From Pseudoalteromonas translucida KMM 520 (GTDB lineage Bacteria > Pseudomonadota > Gammaproteobacteria > Enterobacterales > Alteromonadaceae), in NCBI RefSeq assembly GCF_001465295.1, contig NZ_CP011035.1:300001-332000 (forward strand): DNA of 32,000 bases. The letters are read 5' to 3'. Below are positions 25,592 through 32,000 of this stretch, one piece after another; the stretch's first letter is position 1, and every line of letters begins with the position of its first letter. Below the pieces are notes generated by a model. It saw only the letters and a program-made list of their open reading frames with translations, was not told the origin of the DNA and made no database searches. Both the position numbers and the translations under genes were made by a program.

Positions 25592-26719
25592 ATGGCTACA
25601 GTCAGCACCGTTAGTGCATCAAAGAAAGCATCCCAAACTGACGAGCGGGTCAGAGAAATATCTAAAATAAAAAGCTTATTACACCGTCCAGATTTTGGCG
25701 CAATGTCCGGGGTTATACTGGTATTTATTTTCTTTGGTATCTTCGCAGGAGACTCAGGCATGTTTGCTGCGGATGGTATTATGAACTGGACAACGGTTTC
25801 CGCCCAGTTAGGAATATTAGCAATTGGCGCCTGTCTTCTGATGATTGCGGGTGAATTTGACTTATCAATGGGTTCGATGATTGGTTTTGCGGGTATGGTT
25901 ATTTCTATTCCCGCATTGTACTGGGGCTGGCCTGTCTGGAGCAGTATCATGTTTGCCTTTGCATTATCAATGGGCATAGGCTGGTTTATTGGTTACGTTG
26001 TTGTTCGCACCGGTCTTCCTTCTTTTATCGTCTCGTTAGCCTTTTTGTTTATTTTACGTGGCTTAACTATTGCGCTATCTATCTTGTTTACTAATAAAAC
26101 AATTGTGAGTGGCGTGGACCAAGTCTCTCAAAATGACTGGTTGGCTCCACTTTTTGGTGGCGAATTTGGAACGAGTATATTTACTTGGCTTGCTTCTATT
26201 GGATTACTAGATACTTATAGCGATGGCTCCCCTCTGGTTACCGGTATACCAATGATCGTAGTGTGGTGTGTATTGCTAGCAATTGCTTCAAGCTGGGTAT
26301 TGTTTCGTACTAGCTTTGGTAACTGGATATTTGCTTCAGGGGGGGACTCTAAAGCGGCAAAAAATGTCGGGGTTCCTACTGATAGAGTAAAAATAATCTT
26401 GTTCATGTTTACTGCATTTTGCGCCACGCTTTATGCTGCATGTCAAGTGCTAGAGTTCGGTTCAGCAGCAGCAGACCGTGGCTTGCTGAAAGAGTTTGAG
26501 GCAATTATTGCTGTTGTAATAGGGGGAGCACTATTAACTGGTGGTTATGGATCAATTCTTGGCGCTTTATTTGGAGCCTTAATCTTTGGTGTTGTGCAAA
26601 TGGGGATATTCTTCTCTGGTATTAGCTCAGATTGGTTCCGTGTTTTTTTAGGCGCCATGTTACTTATCGCAGTGCTATTTAATAACTTTATTCGTAAACA
26701 AATCACCAAAGCTAACTAA
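25592..26719 (+). CDS. ABC sugar-transporter permease (RbsC/FrcC-like)
   Basis: ~375 aa and polytopic. I prefer the ATG at 25592, 6 nt after AGAGG. The track uses the TTG at 25586. Confidence 0.85.
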   Translation: MATVSTVSASKKASQTDERVREISKIKSLLHRPDFGAMSGVILVFIFFGIFAGDSGMFAADGIMNWTTVSAQLGILAIGACLLMIAGEFDLSMGSMIGFAGMVISIPALYWGWPVWSSIMFAFALSMGIGWFIGYVVVRTGLPSFIVSLAFLFILRGLTIALSILFTNKTIVSGVDQVSQNDWLAPLFGGEFGTSIFTWLASIGLLDTYSDGSPLVTGIPMIVVWCVLLAIASSWVLFRTSFGNWIFASGGDSKAAKNVGVPTDRVKIILFMFTAFCATLYAACQVLEFGSAAADRGLLKEFEAIIAVVIGGALLTGGYGSILGALFGALIFGVVQMGIFFSGISSDWFRVFLGAMLLIAVLFNNFIRKQITKAN

Positions 26720-26732
26720 TTAAGGAAAGATA

Positions 26733-27602
26733 ATGAGCGAATTTATTATAGAACTTAAAAATGTCAGCCGTTATTTTGGCTCGGTAATCGCATTAAAAGA
26801 CATAAATATGCAAGTGAAGTTAGGTGAGGTTCATTGTTTGTTAGGAGATAACGGCGCAGGTAAATCAACTTTAATTAAGATGTTAGCTGGTGTTCATAAA
26901 CCTAGTGAAGGTGAATTCATATATGAAGGTGTATCTACAACACTCCCATCACCAAGAAAAGCCCTAGACTTGGGGATCGCAACAGTATACCAAGATCTAG
27001 CCTTAGTGTCTTTAATGAGTGTGACCCGCAACTTTTTTATGGGTCGAGAGCTGACTAAAAAGTGGGGGCCTTTCAGCTATTTTGATACCGAAAAAGCCAA
27101 TAAGATAGCCGTTGATGGGCTAGCCGAAATGGGAATTTGTGTACGTAACCCAGAACAAGCTATTGGCACTATGTCAGGCGGTGAAAAACAATGCTTAGCG
27201 ATTGCACGTGCTATTCATTTTGGTGCCAAAGTATTAATTCTTGATGAACCTACCGCTGCACTGGGTGTTAAACAGTCAGCGAATGTACTTAAAGTTGTCG
27301 CTAAAGCTAAAGCACGTGGCTTAGCGGTAATTTTAATCACGCACAATGTTCACCATGCATATCCTGTTGCAGATCGGTTTACTCTACTAAATCGAGGTCA
27401 AAGTCTCGGTACTTTCCTTAAGAAAGATGTTTCACGAGAAGAAGTGTTAGAAATGATGGCAGGTGGTCAAGAACTTGCTGATTTAGAATCAGAATTAGCA
27501 GAATTTGAGAGAGCTGATAAAGCTGAAAGTGAAGGCGGAAGTCACTCACTTGATGCAGGACAAGCCGCAGAAATCTCTATTAAAAGCGCAGTAACTGCAT
27601 GA
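26733..27602 (+). CDS. ABC transporter ATP-binding protein (single nucleotide-binding domain)
   Basis: Walker A (GDNGAGKST), ABC signature (MSGGEKQ) and Walker B (ILILDEPT). A ~45-aa acidic C-terminal tail follows the NBD. Confidence 0.9.
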   Translation: MSEFIIELKNVSRYFGSVIALKDINMQVKLGEVHCLLGDNGAGKSTLIKMLAGVHKPSEGEFIYEGVSTTLPSPRKALDLGIATVYQDLALVSLMSVTRNFFMGRELTKKWGPFSYFDTEKANKIAVDGLAEMGICVRNPEQAIGTMSGGEKQCLAIARAIHFGAKVLILDEPTAALGVKQSANVLKVVAKAKARGLAVILITHNVHHAYPVADRFTLLNRGQSLGTFLKKDVSREEVLEMMAGGQELADLESELAEFERADKAESEGGSHSLDAGQAAEISIKSAVTA

Positions 27603-28747
27603 AAGAGAATAATATGAAAACAATTAAAGTTGGGTTAATTGGTACAGGATACATGGGAAAGGCCCATGCTATAGCCCTTCGCTCTGTACCCGCAGTGTTT
27701 CCTTTAAGTGCTAGGGTTGAATGTGAAATGTTAGCGGAAGTAAATAGCCAACTAGCAGCTGAAAAAGCGCTCGAATTCGGTTTTAACCGCTCGACAGGAG
27801 ACTGGCGAGAGCTGGTAAATGACCCTGATATAGATGTTGTTGACATTTGTTCGCCTAATTATCTACACAAAGAAATGGCATTGGCTGCAATTGCTGCTGG
27901 CAAACATGTTTACTCTGAAAAACCGTTAGCACTCAATGCAAGTGATGCGCTTGAGATGACTTTAGCTGCTGAAAAAGCTGGGGTTAAAACACTAGTTGGT
28001 TTTAACTATGCTAAGAACCCAGCTAGCCAATTAGCTAAAGAGATTATCGCTAATGGTGAAATTGGCGAAATTGTTCACTTTCGTGGTACCCACAATGAAG
28101 ATTATCTTGCCGACCCTCAAGCACCGTTTAGTTGGCGTCTTAAACGAGAATACTCTGGCTCGGGTACCTTAGGTGATATGGGCTCTCATATTATAAATAT
28201 GGCACAGTATTTAGTGGGCGATATTTCTGCGGTAAACGGTGACTTACAAACTGTGATCACTAAACGTCCTATCCTGGGGAAACCTGGAGAATTCGGCATC
28301 GTTGAGAACGAAGATCAAGCGCATGCAATGATTCGTTTTGCCAATGGTGCTATCGGAACGATTGAGAGCAGTCGTATAGCTTGCGGTCGAAAAATGGGGT
28401 TAACTTACGTAGTAACGGGGACTAAAGGAACGATCATCTTCGATCAAGAGCGTTTGGCCGAACTGAAACTGTTTATTCGTGGAGAAAATACCGCTCGAGA
28501 AGGGTTTAAAACTATTTTAATTGGCCCAGAGCACCCAGATTATAAGCATTTTTGTATCTCCGCGGGACATGGCTTAGGTTATAACGATCAAAAAATAGTG
28601 GAAGTTCGCGACCTTATCCAAGGAATCGCCAATGATACTAAAATATGGCCTGATTTCAGGGCCGCGTATGAAGTTAACTTAGTTGTTGATTCTATTGAAG
28701 AGTCACATAATCTTGGCCAATGGATCAATATTAAAGCCAGCTCTTAA
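27599..28747 (+). CDS. Gfo/Idh/MocA-family oxidoreductase; second inositol-type dehydrogenase, substrate unknown
   Basis: [13 protein letters not shown] Rossmann motif and EKP motif (VYSEKPLAL). The ATG at 27599 overlaps the ATPase stop as ATGA. An alternative start is 27614 (MKTIKVG...). Confidence 0.8.
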   Translation: MKENNMKTIKVGLIGTGYMGKAHAIALRSVPAVFPLSARVECEMLAEVNSQLAAEKALEFGFNRSTGDWRELVNDPDIDVVDICSPNYLHKEMALAAIAAGKHVYSEKPLALNASDALEMTLAAEKAGVKTLVGFNYAKNPASQLAKEIIANGEIGEIVHFRGTHNEDYLADPQAPFSWRLKREYSGSGTLGDMGSHIINMAQYLVGDISAVNGDLQTVITKRPILGKPGEFGIVENEDQAHAMIRFANGAIGTIESSRIACGRKMGLTYVVTGTKGTIIFDQERLAELKLFIRGENTAREGFKTILIGPEHPDYKHFCISAGHGLGYNDQKIVEVRDLIQGIANDTKIWPDFRAAYEVNLVVDSIEESHNLGQWINIKASS

Positions 28748-28797
28748 TTCAATAAGCGAATGGAAATCTCGCCAATTTTTATCGGAGTTAAACGATA

Positions 28798-30711
28798 ATG
28801 AATAAAAACTATAAATTTGATGTAATTTGTTTAGGCCGTGCAGCAGTAGATCTTTACGGTGAGCAAATTGGCAGCCGTTTAGAAGACGTTTCATCTTTTA
28901 GCAAATCTTTGGGAGGGTCGTCAGGCAATATAGCTTTTGGGACTGCTCGCTTAGGCTTAAAATCATCGATGCTAACCCGTGTAGGTGATGAACATATGGG
29001 GCGTTTTGTCCGCGAAGAATTACAACGGGTAGGCTGTGATGTTAGTCATGTTGTAACAGATCCGGAACGCCTAACAGGGTTAGTACTATTATCAATTAAA
29101 GACAACGACAGTTTTCCGTTATTGTTTTACCGTAATGACTGTGCCGATATGGCAGTAGATAGTAATGATTTCGATGCCGAGTATATTGCATCAAGCAAGT
29201 CATTACTTATTACTGGTACGCATTTTTCAACGGAACAAACAAAGGCGACCAGTCTTAAAGCTATTGAGTATGCTCGGGCTGCTGGTACTAAAGTGATTTT
29301 AGATATTGATTATCGACCTGTGTTATGGGGATTAACAGGATTAGGCGAGGGAGAAAACCGTTTTGTTTCTGATGAGACAGTGACTAATCATTTACTTTCT
29401 ATTTTACCTCTTTGTGACTTAATTGTTGGTACTGAGGAAGAAATTCACATTGCAGCAGGTTGCACCGACACTATTGAGTGTTTACATAGAATTAGAGGAA
29501 TTAGCCAAGCTGAAATTGTTGTAAAACGCGGTGCGCTGGGCTGTTCTGTTTTTGATAGTGCGATCCCTGCTACTTTAGATGAAGGGCATACTACTTATGG
29601 TGTCGAAGTTGATGTGCTAAACGTATTGGGAGCGGGTGATGCATTTTTAAGTGGTTTTTTACGAGGTTGGTTACGTAATGAGAGCTACGAAAAGTGTTGT
29701 ACTTACGCTAATGCTTGTGGTGCGTTGGTTGTATCCCGACATGGGTGCGCACCAGCAATCCCATCAGCGGAAGAGTTAGACAACTATTTGGCAAGACAAC
29801 ATGCTATAGCGCGTCCAGATCTAGACCCAGAACTAAATCACTTACATCGAGTAACTACTCGCGTACCTACAGACTGGAACGAACTGTGTATATTAGCATT
29901 TGATCACCGTAAGCAATTTTATGATATGGCTCGTGCACTTAATGCGGATCCAGCGCGAATTTCTAAATTAAAAAAATTGCTAGTTGAAGCAACAATTGCT
30001 GGCTCTCAAACTGAAGGGTTTAATTATCAAGCAGGTGTTTTAATTGATGACACATATGGACAAGATGCGCTAAACCAAGTAACAGGACGTAATTGGTGGA
30101 TAGGGCGTCCAGTTGAGCTTCCTAGCTCTCGCCCCATTGAGCTAGAAGGTGGTCGGTCAATTGCTTCTCGACTTAAAAGTTGGCCGAAAGAGCATATAGT
30201 AAAATGCCTTGTTTTCTTCCATCCAAATGATGAAATCAACCTACGTTTAGCTCAAGAACGGCAAGTTGTTGAGTTATACAAAGCCTGCTGTTTAAGCGGT
30301 CACGAGCTACTAATTGAAATTATCCCACCAGTAGATATGGATAAAGATAACTTAACTGTTTTAAGAGCAATGCAACGCTTTTTTAATCTTGGCGTGCAAC
30401 CAGATTGGTGGAAACTTCCTGCCCCGACCACTTCAGAGTGGCAGGATATTTCGACGTTACTAAAGCAACGCTCTCCACACTGCAGAGGAGTCATATTATT
30501 AGGGTTAGATGCACCATTAAGTGAATTAGAAAATGCATTTAAAGCCAGTGCTAATTTTGATATCTGTAAAGGTTTTGCTGTGGGTCGCTCTATCTTCACT
30601 GCGCCTAGTAAATTGTGGCTTACAGGAGATATTGACGACAATGAGTTTATTTCTCAAGTAAAAGATAATTATTTACGACTTGTTAACGCTTGGCGTAATA
30701 GGAAATTGTAA
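28798..30711 (+). CDS. iolC: Fusion of 5-dehydro-2-deoxygluconokinase (PfkB) with a DUF2090/aldolase-like C-terminal domain
   Basis: 637 aa. The N-terminal ~330 aa carry PfkB motifs (GGSSGNIAFG, VLGAGDAF, ANACGALVVSRHG). The C-terminal ~300 aa form a separate domain, as seen fused to IolC in many proteobacteria. Confidence 0.8.
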   Translation: MNKNYKFDVICLGRAAVDLYGEQIGSRLEDVSSFSKSLGGSSGNIAFGTARLGLKSSMLTRVGDEHMGRFVREELQRVGCDVSHVVTDPERLTGLVLLSIKDNDSFPLLFYRNDCADMAVDSNDFDAEYIASSKSLLITGTHFSTEQTKATSLKAIEYARAAGTKVILDIDYRPVLWGLTGLGEGENRFVSDETVTNHLLSILPLCDLIVGTEEEIHIAAGCTDTIECLHRIRGISQAEIVVKRGALGCSVFDSAIPATLDEGHTTYGVEVDVLNVLGAGDAFLSGFLRGWLRNESYEKCCTYANACGALVVSRHGCAPAIPSAEELDNYLARQHAIARPDLDPELNHLHRVTTRVPTDWNELCILAFDHRKQFYDMARALNADPARISKLKKLLVEATIAGSQTEGFNYQAGVLIDDTYGQDALNQVTGRNWWIGRPVELPSSRPIELEGGRSIASRLKSWPKEHIVKCLVFFHPNDEINLRLAQERQVVELYKACCLSGHELLIEIIPPVDMDKDNLTVLRAMQRFFNLGVQPDWWKLPAPTTSEWQDISTLLKQRSPHCRGVILLGLDAPLSELENAFKASANFDICKGFAVGRSIFTAPSKLWLTGDIDDNEFISQVKDNYLRLVNAWRNRKL

Positions 30712-30721
30712 GGAGCTAAAG

Positions 30722-32000
30722 ATGAAAACAATACGTTTGACAGCTGCTCAAGCATTAATTAAATATTTGCAGCAACAATATCTAATATCAGAAACTACCG
30801 ATGGCCAGCCGGAAGCTATTTTTACAGGCGCCTTTGCTATTTTTGGCCACGGGAATGTTGCAGGTATAGGTGAAGCGCTCTATCAGGAACGTAATACATT
30901 TCCAACATATCGCGCTCATAATGAACAAGGCATGGCGCATGCAGCTATCGCTTTTGCTAAACAGCATAACCGTAGAAAAATGATGATGTGTACTACATCT
31001 ATTGGGCCAGGCGCGACAAATATGGTCACAGCAGCAGGGCTGGCACATGTTAACCGTCTACCTATATTATTTGTACCTGGCGATACATTTGCTAATCGAG
31101 TACCTGATCCAGTATTACAACAAGTGGAATGTTTTAGTGACCCAACGATTTCGGTTAATGATTGTTTTAAACCGGTCAGCCGTTACTTCGATCGTATTAA
31201 TCGTCCTGAGCAGCTAATCAATAGCTTACCTGTAGTTATGCAGACTTTGCTCGACCCAGTTAATTGTGGCCCCGTCACATTAGCTATACCACAAGATGTG
31301 CAAACAATGGCGTTTGATTACCCAGCGAAGATGTTTGAAAAGCGGATTCACCGTATTCGTAGACCTGGCATTGAAAACAGTGAACTAGAGCAAGTGATTG
31401 CGCTGCTGCGAAAGTCGTCTAAACCTTTGATCATTGCCGGTGGCGGTGTTCATTACTCTTTAGCGACCGAGACACTGGCACAGTTTGCAGATGCTCATAA
31501 AATTCCTGTTGCTGAAACCCAGGCGGGTAAAGGTAGTCTTAATTGGCAACATCCTTATGCAGTAGGTGGTATAGGTGTTACGGGCAGTAAATCTGCAAAT
31601 AGTCTAGCGCGTCAAGCCGATTTAATTATTGCAATAGGCTCAAGGTTACAAGATTTCACCACTGAGTCACGCACGCTTTTTGAGGGGGGGAATACTAAGT
31701 TAGTTCAGATAAACGTCGGTCAATTCGATGCGAACAAACACGATGCTATACCGCTCCAAGCCGATGCAAAAATCGCATTGCAACATCTAACAAGTAATCT
31801 ATCTGATTGGCAATCATCTCCAGCGTGGGGCGAGGAAGTTAACAGCGTTAATGAACAATGGCGGGAAGTTTATCAGCAAGTAACAGCTGATACAGATGCA
31901 AAGTTACCAAGTGACGCTCAGGTCTTAGGTGCAGTAAAACGTCAATCTGATCCTCGGGATGTAGTGGTATGCGCTGCTGGAGGTTTACCGGGTGATTTAC
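30722..32000 (+). CDS. iolD: 3D-(3,5/4)-trihydroxycyclohexane-1,2-dione acylhydrolase (ThDP enzyme); partial, runs off the right edge
   Basis: Hand translation from the ATG at 30722 (AGGAG RBS at 30711-30715) stays open to the end of the window. It begins MKTIRLTAAQALIKYLQQQY...FAIFGHGNVAGIGEAL...HNEQGMAHAAIAFAK...TSIGPGATNMVTAAGLAHVNRLPILFVPGD...PDPVLQQVE. It is not in the ORF track because no stop lies in the window. Confidence 0.85.
   Translation, partial: MKTIRLTAAQALIKYLQQQYLISETTDGQPEAIFTGAFAIFGHGNVAGIGEALYQERNTFPTYRAHNEQGMAHAAIAFAKQHNRRKMMMCTTSIGPGATNMVTAAGLAHVNRLPILFVPGDTFANRVPDPVLQQVECFSDPTISVNDCFKPVSRYFDRINRPEQLINSLPVVMQTLLDPVNCGPVTLAIPQDVQTMAFDYPAKMFEKRIHRIRRPGIENSELEQVIALLRKSSKPLIIAGGGVHYSLATETLAQFADAHKIPVAETQAGKGSLNWQHPYAVGGIGVTGSKSANSLARQADLIIAIGSRLQDFTTESRTLFEGGNTKLVQINVGQFDANKHDAIPLQADAKIALQHLTSNLSDWQSSPAWGEEVNSVNEQWREVYQQVTADTDAKLPSDAQVLGAVKRQSDPRDVVVCAAGGLPGDL

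Noticed and set aside
25549-25977. 142-aa ORF on the minus strand across the permease start
   Set aside because: It is antisense to a well-supported ABC permease and extends into the promoter. Its composition is a mirror of membrane-protein codons.
30788-31217. ORFs 30788..31048(-) and 31002..31217(+)
   Set aside because: Both lie inside the open iolD frame, which the ORF track omits only because it has no stop in the window.
1-32000. Search for CRISPR arrays, IS elements or transposases, integrases, toxin-antitoxin pairs and known defence-gene signatures
   Set aside because: I saw no regularly spaced direct repeats, no terminal inverted repeats bracketing a transposase-like ORF, and no nuclease, helicase or methylase-type ORFs. 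All large ORFs are accounted for by catabolic, transport or regulatory families.

Overview
AT-rich gammaproteobacterial chromosomal segment; Alteromonadales-like is my guess from composition and gene content. It holds two catabolic modules. I found no transposase or integrase, CRISPR array, tRNA/rRNA gene or recognisable defence gene. Module 1 (1-17.2 kb) is a hydroxyproline / collagen-peptide utilisation region. It encodes a D-amino-acid-type FAD dehydrogenase plus a prolidase, and a 4-hydroxyproline epimerase plus an alpha-ketoglutarate-semialdehyde dehydrogenase. It also encodes a divergent DapA-family enzyme, a GntR/FCD regulator, a POT peptide permease and a TonB-dependent receptor. A separate operon carries a trans-3-hydroxyproline dehydratase (Cys/Thr proline-racemase homologue), a second prolidase and an ornithine-cyclodeaminase-family reductase. 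A 14-bp palindrome (TATTGTATACAATA) lies in five of these promoters. The region also holds two diverged copies of the epimerase/dehydrogenase/regulator block that have decayed reciprocally, leaving one working copy of each gene. Module 2 (17.7-32 kb) starts with a LamB-type porin and a patch of decayed genes (AraC remnant, intact EamA transporter, frameshifted TauE). It continues with a myo-inositol cluster: iolG, iolB, RpiR-type iolR, binding protein, permease, ATPase, a second Gfo/Idh/MocA oxidoreductase, an iolC-DUF2090 fusion and partial iolD. GGAA-N6-TTCC-like operators lie in its promoters. I do not see a clearly unprecedented multi-gene system. The most system-like and least characterised item is the single-operator regulon coupling outer-membrane and inner-membrane peptide import to both hydroxyproline isomer pathways. 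All functions are inferred from motifs read by eye, with no database search.
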